From positions 11,997-75,996 of the forward strand of contig MGTT01000027.1 of NCBI GenBank assembly GCA_001799575.1: DNA of 64,000 nt, written 5' to 3'. Position numbers and translations under genes: made by a program. Below, in pieces: positions 1-9,071 of the stretch (within the stretch, counting starts at the first letter, position 1; each line of letters opens with the position of its first letter). The DNA is from Elusimicrobia bacterium GWA2_56_46 (lineage in GTDB: Bacteria > Elusimicrobiota > Elusimicrobia > Elusimicrobiales > UBA9959). The notes under the pieces were generated by a model. The model saw only the letters and a program-made list of their open reading frames with translations, was not told where the DNA came from and searched no databases.

Positions 1-72
1 TCGACACATTGGTCTATTCTTTTAGATCCCATACTCGGCACTATATCAAATATTTATTAAAGGCGGATAGAA

Positions 73-332
73 TCAAGCAACAAGGAATAAAGACGAGCGG
101 CCATCATGTGCGTAAGCTTAACGCGGGGTGGCGGGGTGAGGCCTTTTCGACCCGGCAGGCCGCCGACGGAACGCGAAAAGGCCTCACCCCGACAGGCCCC
201 CGCTTTACTATCCTGCGGTGCACAAGCCAAGGCCGACCAGCCCCGCACTTGGCAAAGCGAGCCGGACAAAGAGAGCCAGGCACATTTTTCTGCTGAAAAA
301 TAAGCCTGGCACCTTTGCCCTGGCGCCTTTGC
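73..332. repeat. Structured repeat, type A copy 1 (core hairpin 123-203 plus REP-like hairpin 275-310)
   Basis: Near-identical to 2765-3000 and 4085-4326. Long imperfect inverted repeat GCGGGG..CCCCGC, plus GCCAGGC-ACATTTTTCTGCTGAAAAATAA-GCCTGGC. Confidence 0.95.
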
Positions 333-374
333 CTTTTTTGTCGGGACTGGGGACCGTCCCCATTTCACGGAGGT

Positions 375-1073
375 CTATTCCGGTTGGCTCAGGGGGAGGT
401 CGTCGCCGGGTGAGAAGGGGCGGGCTGCCGGGGTTTTGGAAGTGTGCTGAATCGGCGGCTTGCCTTGGGGAGTGGTTTCCTCCGACAGGAAGACCTGCAT
501 CCGATCATTTTCCCAGCGTATAGCATAAGAGTAAATGCCATCGCCCCCGACGCTGTCCAGCACCTTTTGCGACCGAAGAGAACCATTCTCATCCCGTGTA
601 AAAAGATAGCCGTCCTCACCATCCTCACTCGCAACCAGCCAATACCATGAACCGGCGTGAACATGCGCCTGAACGAGATTCCCCCTCTCGGCTTTACCGA
701 AAGCCCAAATGCTGAATCCAAGCATTAGCGCGCACAGCGTCCACCGGAATGTCCATTTCGCAACTTGGGTAGCGTACAGAAACTTATTTCTTATCTCAAA
801 CCCCAGAACTACAGGAGCCCAGGAGAACAGCAGAATAAGACGAACCCATCTCCAGATTCCTTCAGTTGCGAACCAGGGATCTTTTATTGACAGCCCGGTA
901 ACGACAGCCGGAATAACGAATATTGCAAATAGGAGCCATGGCCCCTGAATGCTTTTACGCCTGAGCAATATCGGCAGCATAATGACTCCGGCCAGTGTGA
1001 GCAGAAAGTATCCCACACCGAATCCTATCAACGTGACACCCGCTATAGTCATACTTTGTAGTGTATATATCAA
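375..1073 (-). CDS. Hypothetical membrane protein
   Basis: 232 aa ORF with about four hydrophobic segments then a soluble C-terminus; AT-richer than core genes. Confidence 0.7.
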   Translation of the reverse strand: MIYTLQSMTIAGVTLIGFGVGYFLLTLAGVIMLPILLRRKSIQGPWLLFAIFVIPAVVTGLSIKDPWFATEGIWRWVRLILLFSWAPVVLGFEIRNKFLYATQVAKWTFRWTLCALMLGFSIWAFGKAERGNLVQAHVHAGSWYWLVASEDGEDGYLFTRDENGSLRSQKVLDSVGGDGIYSYAIRWENDRMQVFLSEETTPQGKPPIQHTSKTPAARPFSPGDDLPLSQPE

Positions 1074-1106
1074 GAATTATCAAGAATATTCAATGCATTT
1101 TCTTGC

Positions 1107-1649
1107 TCATCTATTTTTCAATTCTTTTTCAGAATGCATACACAGAATGCCGGTAGCAACACTACCCTTAACTCCTGCGTGCATATCTCCATCGTAAAAA
1201 CGCATGCCGGTAGCTTTTAAAGAGCCATCTTCTGTCGAAGACCAATACCATTTCTTACACGTGTCGGATTGCTGCCTTTTAGCGCATTCCGCATCATAGA
1301 TTTGTCGTAATTCTTGCGCCGTAGGCAACCGGCCGCCATGGCTCTGGCAATAGGCTGCGGCATTATTCCAATTACACCCGCCATTCATGCAATCGGGGAC
1401 GCTCGCCGCTGGGCTCTCGTCCGCAGGAACCGGAGGTGTTACTGATTGTAAAACTAAAGCCTGCGATGGTATGTCCTGCCCGTTATTGTTGGCGTCAGGA
1501 CTATTGGTTCCGGCTGCTGGTGTTCTGGCCGGATTGGCTTGCGCAACTGCAGCCTGCGTTTCATCAGACTGAGCAACTTCTTTCCCCTTACATGAAACGG
1601 CAAACATCAGCGCCGCCATCGGCAACGCGAAAAACGCTGTTTTCTTCAT
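1107..1649 (-). CDS. Lipoprotein with C-terminal DUF1566/Lcl-like (C-type-lectin-fold) domain
   Basis: Lipobox FAVSC, low-complexity linker, motif WNNAAAYCQSHGGRLPTAQEL...WYWSS; GGAG RBS upstream. Confidence 0.75.
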   Translation of the reverse strand: MKKTAFFALPMAALMFAVSCKGKEVAQSDETQAAVAQANPARTPAAGTNSPDANNNGQDIPSQALVLQSVTPPVPADESPAASVPDCMNGGCNWNNAAAYCQSHGGRLPTAQELRQIYDAECAKRQQSDTCKKWYWSSTEDGSLKATGMRFYDGDMHAGVKGSVATGILCMHSEKELKNR

Positions 1650-1691
1650 TGGTTTACTCCTATAGTGAGGATCTAGTCACTGCCCGGACAA

Positions 1692-2597
1692 CTATTTTGT
1701 CCTGAAGTTGTCCCAAAAATAACCGATATCGCGTCTTACAGAACTTTCGCAGGGATCTGAGCATGCCTGCACCAGATAAAAATCAAATTTTTCTCCAATT
1801 TCTTTTTTAGCCATCACTTTGAATTTGATCCCGTGCCTTAAAATAATTTCGTCTTCCATATTATCCATAAGAACGCCTCGTTCTCCAGGGCGATTATTGT
1901 AGATGGCGAATATGGCTTTCAGGGTGGTCGTATCAGTTATTGGTCTAAAAAAGGGTACTGAGTGGGTCGCAAAGTGTTCCGCCACCGGATAAGAAGTTGT
2001 CGTGGAAGTATAACCTTTCTCAACAAACTCTTCATTGATACCATAGCTTTTGTTTGCCCTGAATTTCAGAGTAAGGCCGCGAAATAAAATCAGATCTCCT
2101 GGAAGTTGCGGAACGCGCGCGAAAAGACGATCCAGGTTTTTGACCATGGCTTCAGCTTTTTCCGGGCCAATCGTCTTCCATTCATAAGACTCGGGATAAA
2201 AGCGCAGATAACTATTGATATCCCTGTAATAGCTGTCGGCGACTCCCTGGTCGGTGTAAGTTTCAAGATCCCTAATTTCTTCCGGACTCGCGCCGAAATA
2301 ACCTGGATCCGGGTACCCCAGCTGGCTGTAAAGTACTTTGTAGTTGTAGACCTTGATGCCAAAAGCGGCCGCGCGGGAAAGTCCGACATCATCGTAAACC
2401 GCAACGGATACCGGCTGGGACTCCCCCTTGTTCGGCATTTCAGACTGAGCTTTGAGGCTCAGGACGGTTTCGTGAAAGGCAAGCCCGTTGGAAGGAGCTG
2501 CAAAATAAATATCAGCGGCGGCTACCGCAGTATTGGAGAAAAGCGCCGCTAAAACGAGAGGCAAACCGGCTTTGCGCAACTTTTTAAGCATACTCAT
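1692..2597 (-). CDS. Secreted ADP-ribosyltransferase (VIP2/C2-like, R-S-E clade)
   Basis: Signal peptide; YT..Y..INSYLR, LFRGL (R), YTSTT (S), MEDEIIL (ExE). Confidence 0.8.
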   Translation of the reverse strand: MSMLKKLRKAGLPLVLAALFSNTAVAAADIYFAAPSNGLAFHETVLSLKAQSEMPNKGESQPVSVAVYDDVGLSRAAAFGIKVYNYKVLYSQLGYPDPGYFGASPEEIRDLETYTDQGVADSYYRDINSYLRFYPESYEWKTIGPEKAEAMVKNLDRLFARVPQLPGDLILFRGLTLKFRANKSYGINEEFVEKGYTSTTTSYPVAEHFATHSVPFFRPITDTTTLKAIFAIYNNRPGERGVLMDNMEDEIILRHGIKFKVMAKKEIGEKFDFYLVQACSDPCESSVRRDIGYFWDNFRTK

Positions 2598-2764
2598 TTT
2601 GCTGTTGAACCTCTAAATAGGGTACAGTTTCCGCCAATCTCCGTCATGAGCCAAAGGTCCTAATCACTGCTTGTCTTTTGGCTCAACTTCCAAGACGATG
2701 GTATTTATTGACCTACACGTAATTAACTAAGGGCGTCCCCATTTTCCATTTTTATTTTCTTAGG

Positions 2765-3000
2765 AAGCGCCGGGCGGATAAAGCCTAGCGGCCATTATGT
2801 GCGTAAGCTTAACGCGGGGTGGCGGGGCGAGGCTTTTTCGACCCGGCAGGCTGCCGACGGAACGCGAAAAGGCCTCGCCCCGACAGGCCCCCGCTTTACT
2901 ATCCTGCGGTGCTATAGCCCAAAGCCCATTAGCCCCATATTTTTGGGCAAAAGTGCCAGGCACATTTTTCTGCTGAAAAATAAGCCTGGCACTTTTGCCC
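2765..3000. repeat. Structured repeat, type A copy 2 (core 2814-2894; REP-like hairpin 2945-3000)
   Basis: Direct-orientation copy of 73-332 and 4085-4326; 17-bp perfect arms GGGCAAAAGTGCCAGGC/GCCTGGCACTTTTGCCC. Confidence 0.95.
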
Positions 3001-3017
3001 CTTGCCGCGGTGTTTCG

Positions 3018-3156
3018 TTACTTCCAGACTCCGGGGATGGTGGTTGCACAATGGCCGCAGAGGCCTTTGCTTTTTTGGTAATTTTTATCGTGTTGTTCAG
3101 GATCCTGAAGCCGCGGCGCGTCACCAGCGTTTTTCCGCATGAAGAACATAAAGTGT
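3018..3156 (-). pseudogene. Duplicated, frameshifted 3' fragment of amrS
   Basis: Aligns with 4339-4478, with several substitutions and a 1-bp deletion at the T-run; TRRGFRILNNTIKITKK and GLC.HCA..IPGVWK fall in different frames. Confidence 0.9.
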
Positions 3157-3172
3157 AGGACTGGGGTGTGTT

Positions 3173-3928
3173 TTATGGATTCAGTTTTATATCCGCCCAA
3201 TTGAGTAAACTCGTCACGACTGCTTTAATATTGCGTTGGGTTTTATCCGTAGTTAATGTGCCAGTTGCCGCTGCAATACCAAAACCATGATCGCCTCCAG
3301 CGATGGAAATCCAGATATCGCCGCTGTCGTCTTTCAGAAAATCAAAAAGAGCAGGAATAGAGCAGTTATCGCTATCCTTATCGCCCATGGTCATTAAAAT
3401 TGGACGAGATTCTTTTTTTAAGCTGGGATACATATTGTCGCAGTCAGAAACTGATAGGCACAATGGTGTCAGTAGCGCCAGCGCCTTGACTGAGGGATCT
3501 TTGGCAAATACTCGGTAAGCAATCACGCTTCCCATGGACTTGCCTACGAGCGCCAGTCGTGGGGTATCTACCTTTTGAAGCGATTTAGCGAAAGTAATGA
3601 CAGTTTGCATATCCTCAATTTCGTTTTTTCCGCCTTGCGAGGGAGAAGGGTGCTGGGGGTCAGATAAGCAATAGGCCCATTCGAATCGCACGGCGGTTAT
3701 GCCTAAGTCAGGGGCCAGGTTCCCTATAGTTTCAAATAGTTGCGACTTAGCGTTACAACTGCGTCCTGGAGCAATAACCATTACCGAGCCAGACGATGTG
3801 TCGGAATTATGCACGATAACCTGAACATCAGCGCCCCGAGGTGTTTTTAGCATTTGAATAACCTCAGCGCGAGAGTTCGATGCAAAACATAAAAAGCATG
3901 CTGCCATCAATAAAATGACCGGATTCAT
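3173..3928 (-). CDS. Secreted alpha/beta hydrolase
   Basis: Signal peptide from MNPVILL (RBS AGAGG); GKSMG nucleophile, GDKD acid, GGDHGF His; AT-richer. Confidence 0.85.
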   Translation of the reverse strand: MNPVILLMAACFLCFASNSRAEVIQMLKTPRGADVQVIVHNSDTSSGSVMVIAPGRSCNAKSQLFETIGNLAPDLGITAVRFEWAYCLSDPQHPSPSQGGKNEIEDMQTVITFAKSLQKVDTPRLALVGKSMGSVIAYRVFAKDPSVKALALLTPLCLSVSDCDNMYPSLKKESRPILMTMGDKDSDNCSIPALFDFLKDDSGDIWISIAGGDHGFGIAAATGTLTTDKTQRNIKAVVTSLLNWADIKLNP

Positions 3929-4084
3929 GAAACACCTCTTTTTAGCACTCATTGGTATATATTGGGTCAAGGTCAAAGCATACCGAACAGTCTTGTGATA
4001 ACTTTTTCAGATGATATCAAATTTATGCCCGCATAAAATGGATCGTGCTTTCAACTGGAGACCGGCGGGGTGATTTGCGACAGG

Positions 4085-4326
4085 TCAAGCGGCGGGGGAT
4101 AAAGACGAGCGGCCATTATGTGCGTAAGCTTAACGCGGGGTGGCGGGGCGAGGCTTTTTCGACCCGGCAGGCTGCCGACGGAACGCGAAAAGGCCTCGCC
4201 CCGACAGGCCCCCGCTTTACTATCCTGCGGTGCTATAGCCCAAAGCCAATTAGCCCCGGAGCAAAGGAGCCAGGCACATTTTTCTGCTGAAAAATAAGCC
4301 TGGCACCTTTGCCCTGGCGCCTTTGC
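4085..4326. repeat. Structured repeat, type A copy 3 (core 4135-4215; REP-like hairpin 4261-4312)
   Basis: Same sequence family, immediately downstream of the amrS stop. Confidence 0.95.
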
Positions 4327-4338
4327 ACCGGTGTTTCG

Positions 4339-5397
4339 TTACTTCCAGACGCCGGGGATGGGGGCTGCACAATGGGCGCAGAGGCCTGTGCCTTTTTTTG
4401 TAATTTTTATGGTGTTGTTCAGGATCCTGAAGCCGCGGCGCGTCACCAGCGTTTTGCCGCATGAAGAACATAAAGTGTCTTCGTATCCCTGCCCCGGGAT
4501 ATTGCCGGTGTAGACGTATTTCAGACCTTTCTTCAATCCGATGTCGCGCGCTTTCAGCAGCGTTTCGGGAGGAGTGGCCCCCCGGTCGGTCATATTATAG
4601 GTCGGATAAAAAGCCGTGACATGCCAGGGAATGTCCCTGGAAATCCCCGAAATGAACCCCGCCACACTCTCAAGTTCTTCTTTACCGTCGTTAAAACCCG
4701 GAATAAGCAAAGTCACTATCTCCAGCCAGAACCCCTTGGCATGGACCATCTCTATCGCCCTGAGAACGTTTGAAAGCTTCCCACCCGCCACCTTCGCGTA
4801 ATTTTCCCCGTTAAAAGTCTTGAGATCCGCCTTGTAGAACTGAACATGGGGCTTTATATAATCCAGGACTTCCGACGAAGCATAGCCGTTGGAAACATAA
4901 GCGGCCCTGATACCATATTTGCGCGCCTCCTTGAAAACGGCCAGGCTCCACTCCGCGGTTATGAGCGGCTCATTGTACGTAGACACTATTATCGCCGCCC
5001 CCGCATCGCGCGCGGAAGCGGCAAGTTTCTCCGGAGTTGCCGGCGCAAGTTCCCCGGCATGGCAGGCGGGATCCCTGAGAACCTGCGACGTCAGATAGTT
5101 CTGGCAGAAAGAACATTTAAAATTACACCCCAGCATTCCGAAGGAAAACGTTAACGCGCCCGGCAGAACGTGGAATAAGGGCTTTTTTTCCACCGGATCC
5201 AGGCCATAGCCGGAAATATAACCCCAGGGAACCCTCAGTATGCCGCCCTCATTCAACCGAACCTTGCAGACGCCCGAGCCGTCCGGCGGTATCAGACATT
5301 TATGGGCGCAGGCTAGACAGCGCACGCGGCCGTCCGTCATTTTTTCGCAAAGTTCCGCCGGCGCGGAATATTTGCGAAGTTGTTCCATAAGGGTCAT
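4339..5397 (-). CDS. amrS: AmmeMemoRadiSam system radical SAM enzyme
   Basis: N-terminal CxxCxxxC...G.C.VR, DPVEKKPLFH, CNFKCSFC, TYNEP, C-terminal CxxC..CxxC. Confidence 0.9.
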   Translation of the reverse strand: MTLMEQLRKYSAPAELCEKMTDGRVRCLACAHKCLIPPDGSGVCKVRLNEGGILRVPWGYISGYGLDPVEKKPLFHVLPGALTFSFGMLGCNFKCSFCQNYLTSQVLRDPACHAGELAPATPEKLAASARDAGAAIIVSTYNEPLITAEWSLAVFKEARKYGIRAAYVSNGYASSEVLDYIKPHVQFYKADLKTFNGENYAKVAGGKLSNVLRAIEMVHAKGFWLEIVTLLIPGFNDGKEELESVAGFISGISRDIPWHVTAFYPTYNMTDRGATPPETLLKARDIGLKKGLKYVYTGNIPGQGYEDTLCSSCGKTLVTRRGFRILNNTIKITKKGTGLCAHCAAPIPGVWK

Positions 5398-5400
5398 AAA

Positions 5401-6303
5401 TCAAGTTGTTTCCGTTTTCCCCCACGTCGGGGCTTTAACATTAAGGGCTTTATGCAGCACGGAGATCCTGAGAGAGCCGCTATCGCTGAAATCTTCGCCG
5501 TCGAGATGATAGACGGAGCCCGGCGGAAAGCTTATCTCCATCAGGCCGGAAACGGCCGTCGTAACCAGGTCTGTGTGCCTGGGAAGCCGGCCGCCGAAAA
5601 GGTCGGGGACGGCAAGAAGCGTTTTTAAAATGCCGGCTTTTTTTATCACCACGAGATCCAGCAGTCCGTCGTCTATATAAGCGCCGGGCGCTACTTTCGC
5701 CCCCCCGCCGTACTGCTGGCCGTTAAGCACCGCGGTAACCATGGGAGAAAACTCAAGGCGGCGTCCGTTTATATTAACAACGGTGCGCAGCGGAGAATAT
5801 CTGAAAAACGCCAAAGCCGAGTGATAGACATACGGGAACAGTCCCCGCCGTCCGCCCAGCCGGGTATTGAAGATCCTGGCCACCTCCGCGTCCAGACCCA
5901 CGCCCGCCGCGCAGAAAAACGGCCTGCCGTTGGCGAGGCCCACGTCTATTTTCCGCGGTTCCCATTCCAGAAGGCCTTTGAGGGCGGCTTCCTGTCCGAG
6001 CGGGATGTAAAGGTTGCGGGCGAGACCGTTCCCCGAACCCAGCGGGAGTATGCCAAGCGCCGCTGACTTGCCGATAAGCGGTTCGGCCGCCTCCCGGATG
6101 GTGCCGTCGCCTCCGGCGGCGACTATATTGGTGAACCCCGCCAGCAGAGCCCTGCGCGAAAGTTCCAGACCGTGGCCTTTGCGTTCGGTCAACCCGATCT
6201 CATAATGGATCCCCCGGCCCCGGAAAAAAGCGTGGATGCGCCCGGACAGGCGCGCGCCGGAACCCTTGCCGGAAGTGGGATTGATAATGAAGAAATAAGA
6301 CAT
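5401..6303 (-). CDS. Diacylglycerol kinase family (YegS/DAGK) lipid kinase
   Basis: INPTSG, GGDGT, PLGSGNGLAR, GGG, DDGLLD, DGE motifs. Confidence 0.9.
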   Translation of the reverse strand: MSYFFIINPTSGKGSGARLSGRIHAFFRGRGIHYEIGLTERKGHGLELSRRALLAGFTNIVAAGGDGTIREAAEPLIGKSAALGILPLGSGNGLARNLYIPLGQEAALKGLLEWEPRKIDVGLANGRPFFCAAGVGLDAEVARIFNTRLGGRRGLFPYVYHSALAFFRYSPLRTVVNINGRRLEFSPMVTAVLNGQQYGGGAKVAPGAYIDDGLLDLVVIKKAGILKTLLAVPDLFGGRLPRHTDLVTTAVSGLMEISFPPGSVYHLDGEDFSDSGSLRISVLHKALNVKAPTWGKTETT

Positions 6304-6304
6304 G

Positions 6305-7024
6305 CTATTCTACGGCGCTGATGCCGGTGGCCCAGGGGGCTTTATCATTGGTGGGGGTCAGCCCCAGAAGTTTATTTCCGGAGGCGGCATCGCCTTTCTG
6401 ACACCTGAAGCGCACGATATAAGAGTACCCTATCTTCAGATCCGGTTTGTCGCCGATCAAGGAATCATCCTCGACATACAGATAATCGGCGTTTTTTCCT
6501 CCCTTGCTGCGCACCAGGTTAAGGAGCCAGCCTTTGGCGGTTTTTCTGGCCATGATCATCTGGAGTTCCATTTGCAGATCCCGGCCGGCGAAGCGCGCCG
6601 GATTCCTGAAAAAAGCGTCTTCGGAGCCGCGGACGGCTTCCTCTTCCTTTTTCGGTTCCGCGTACTCTGTCCCGCCGGGGAGCGGAGATTCCTCTTCCTG
6701 ATCGGCGGCTTCGCTGTCGTCGCCGGAAGACGGCGGGATCTTTATCGGCATTTCAAAATCTTCATCTTCCCGCTCCCGGCTTGCGGGCCGGGCGGGCCGC
6801 AACCCGGCCGCCGGCGTCTGGATTTCCGCCGCGACGGAGGGGTCCTCGGCCGCGCCCGAAGGCGGGATGGGAACGGCGGCGTAACTGGACGGATACTTGG
6901 CGGTGTAGGGAATCCCTTTCTTGACGCCCGACCGCTCTTTCATAAGATAACCGAGCGCGACGCCGATAAACAGCACCAGAAGAGTATTGATAAATCGCAG
7001 CCGGAAAAAATTCATAATTTTCAA
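6305..7024 (-). CDS. Membrane-anchored hypothetical protein
   Basis: N-terminal TM helix, Pro/Glu linker, beta-rich C-terminus; ends 1 nt before the DAGK start. Confidence 0.7.
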   Translation of the reverse strand: MKIMNFFRLRFINTLLVLFIGVALGYLMKERSGVKKGIPYTAKYPSSYAAVPIPPSGAAEDPSVAAEIQTPAAGLRPARPASREREDEDFEMPIKIPPSSGDDSEAADQEEESPLPGGTEYAEPKKEEEAVRGSEDAFFRNPARFAGRDLQMELQMIMARKTAKGWLLNLVRSKGGKNADYLYVEDDSLIGDKPDLKIGYSYIVRFRCQKGDAASGNKLLGLTPTNDKAPWATGISAVE

Positions 7025-7113
7025 GCGGGCCGTATATCACGAACCGCCTGATATATTGTATATTTTTAGTTGTTAATAAAAGATTGATTTTTTAAAAAAA
7101 TTCAGGAGGCTGG

Positions 7114-7866
7114 ATGAAAAATATTTTCGCCGCGTTTATCGCGCTGGGCTTTTTTACGCAGGTATACGGAGCCCAGGCCGACGGGGCGCCGGCGACCGCC
7201 TGCGTCTATCAATATAAGGGAGAGGTTCTGCTGATTGAGCCCGGCTATGAGACCTGGCTGCCGCTCCGGAGCGCGGTCACCCTCCGGGAAGGGGCGCGGC
7301 TTAAAACCGGGCCCGGCGCCTGGTGCCGGATACTGGCGGCGGACGGGACTTTTATAAATCTTTACGAGAATTCGGAAACGCTGGTTGAAAGACTCAGGCT
7401 TGAGAAAGACAACCGGGATTACGGTTTCAACTTTATAAAAGGACGCATACTCTGGATGGCGGCCAGGCTTAAACATAAGGCGTCCAAATTCGAGGTAAGG
7501 ACACCATCGGCCGTTTGCGCCGTGCGAGGCACGGATTTCACCATAGACCTGGCCTCCGCCGCGGCTGAGATCGGCCTGTTCGAGGGACAACTGGATGTCA
7601 AGAGCGGCGGGAAGGAAACCGTTCTGGCGGCCGGCAGCGAGGCTGTCGTGTCCGGCCCCGGGGCCGAAGCGGCGGTGAGCGCGCATTTCTCCGGATTGAT
7701 GCAGGCGGAGCAGCGCCGCTACCTTAAGCTTAAAAAGCGCGCCGAAGACCTCCGCCGGAAACTGGAAACCAGAGAAAACTTTATAGACGACTTCGTCAGG
7801 ATCCAGCAGCAAAAACTTCAGGATTTTGATAACCGCCGGCGGGAAAAACTCAACAAAAGGAAGTAA
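7114..7866 (+). CDS. FecR-domain exported protein
   Basis: Signal peptide; LKTG, DGTFINLYENS, FEVRTPSAVCAVRGTDF; coiled-coil tail; AGGAGG RBS. Confidence 0.85.
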   Translation: MKNIFAAFIALGFFTQVYGAQADGAPATACVYQYKGEVLLIEPGYETWLPLRSAVTLREGARLKTGPGAWCRILAADGTFINLYENSETLVERLRLEKDNRDYGFNFIKGRILWMAARLKHKASKFEVRTPSAVCAVRGTDFTIDLASAAAEIGLFEGQLDVKSGGKETVLAAGSEAVVSGPGAEAAVSAHFSGLMQAEQRRYLKLKKRAEDLRRKLETRENFIDDFVRIQQQKLQDFDNRRREKLNKRK

Positions 7867-7878
7867 AGGAAATAAGGG

Positions 7879-7910
7879 AGGGTAGAGATTTCAACTGCCC
7901 CCTCTACCCT
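7879..7910. terminator. Hairpin between convergent genes
   Basis: AGGGTAGAG/CTCTACCCT inverted repeat. Confidence 0.4.
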
Positions 7911-7915
7911 GATAT

Positions 7916-8980
7916 TTACGGTTTTACCAGTTCCGCTTCCAGGTCGTATGAGGAGGTCCGGTTCACCTTTACCGGAAACTTCGGATTTTTCATGAGGAGC
8001 TGCGACAGATCCGAGGCGGTTCCTTTCCTCAGGCCCACATCTATAGCGGCGACGCCGCCAGTCATGGTTCTGAGCCAGCAGTCGCGGATCAGCGGAATAT
8101 TCCTGAGCGATTTCATAAACTCGCTCAACTGGTTCATGCCGCTCACATTGGAGATGGTGACGCGGACCACGGATCGTTCCCGCAGAGCCTTGAGCACCCG
8201 GTCTTTGAGTTCCTCCCCGGCTTTCCGGGCGGAATTGATGATAGCGGCGCGGGCGGCGGACGGCTCGTTAAGATCTATTCCTCCGGAGGTCTCCTGGAGG
8301 GCCACGAGCGTTTCTCCCGAACCCTGTTTGACCGCGCTTATCGAAAGACCGGCACGGTAGGAGAGAAATCCCCCCAGACCTTCCCGCGTATTGAAATCGG
8401 ATTTAACGGAGCCCTTGATCAGGATATCGGCCTTATCCTTCTCCCCCGTCATAAAGCCGGCCTCGGAAAACTTGTGTTTAAGCTCCAGCGCGGCGTATTC
8501 CGTTTCCTGGGCCTTGCCATCCACGCTCTCCGCGATATCGAAACCTATGACGGGATTCCCCAGCTTCTGGGGCTCGTTCTCCAGTTTCCTGAGCTTGGCG
8601 GTGAGATCTTCTTTGCGCACGTGCGCCCGGATCTTTGTCTTGTAGAAATCCCCGTCCCTCGCTTCTTTCAGGATCTCGTATTTTTCGATATAACCTTCGG
8701 TCTGGGAAGTTATGGTGTCGTCGATAAGAATGGCCTTGGAAACCACGGCCTCCTGCGAAACATAGATGCCGACCACGAGGCCCAGGGCGCTTTTCATGGC
8801 CTCATTAAGGGCGGTTTTTCTGGCGCCTTCGACGTCTCCGTTAACTACGGGGGCCATGCCTTCGGCTTCCACCACTTCCGTTTCGTAAGCGCTGTTAAGC
8901 GCCGACTTGCGCGTGGCGGAGCAGCCGGCCAGCAGCAATCCGGCCATCAGGGAGGCGCATATAAGGGTATATCGTTTCAT
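7916..8980 (-). CDS. Lipoprotein with FlgT-N-like domain
   Basis: Lipobox LAGC; VEAEG...ARKTALNEAMKSALG..VG....EGYIEKYEIL pattern. Confidence 0.7.
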   Translation of the reverse strand: MKRYTLICASLMAGLLLAGCSATRKSALNSAYETEVVEAEGMAPVVNGDVEGARKTALNEAMKSALGLVVGIYVSQEAVVSKAILIDDTITSQTEGYIEKYEILKEARDGDFYKTKIRAHVRKEDLTAKLRKLENEPQKLGNPVIGFDIAESVDGKAQETEYAALELKHKFSEAGFMTGEKDKADILIKGSVKSDFNTREGLGGFLSYRAGLSISAVKQGSGETLVALQETSGGIDLNEPSAARAAIINSARKAGEELKDRVLKALRERSVVRVTISNVSGMNQLSEFMKSLRNIPLIRDCWLRTMTGGVAAIDVGLRKGTASDLSQLLMKNPKFPVKVNRTSSYDLEAELVKP

Positions 8981-9071
8981 AAATTTAGTGGTTAGTGACT
9001 ATCACACGAGGAAATTCCCCGATCTGTTTCAGGCACTGACCACTGATCACTCGCCACTAACCACTGATCAA

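Noticed and set aside
9-523. Short ORFs over the repeats (also 2760-3158, 4045-4513, 9523-10320, 27913-28261)
   Set aside because: They are translations of non-coding GC-rich hairpins, with inconsistent starts and ends between copies.
1107-1649. DGR target (lectin-like fold)
   Set aside because: I found no template repeat of its 3' end and no RT in the window.
73-4326. Canonical integron/CALIN attC array
   Set aside because: A GTTAAGC (GTTRRRY) closes the core hairpin on the minus strand, but there is no matching RYYYAAC or L-box spacing. The elements are ~250 bp and no IntI is present.
73-4326. CRISPR array
   Set aside because: Repeats are ~250 bp with kb-scale, gene-containing spacers, and there are no cas genes.
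3018-4478. DGR template/variable repeat pair
   Set aside because: Five of seven clear substitutions have A in the fragment's coding strand, but there are non-A changes and an indel, most adenines are unchanged, amrS is an unlikely target and no RT is visible. AT-biased decay explains the pattern.
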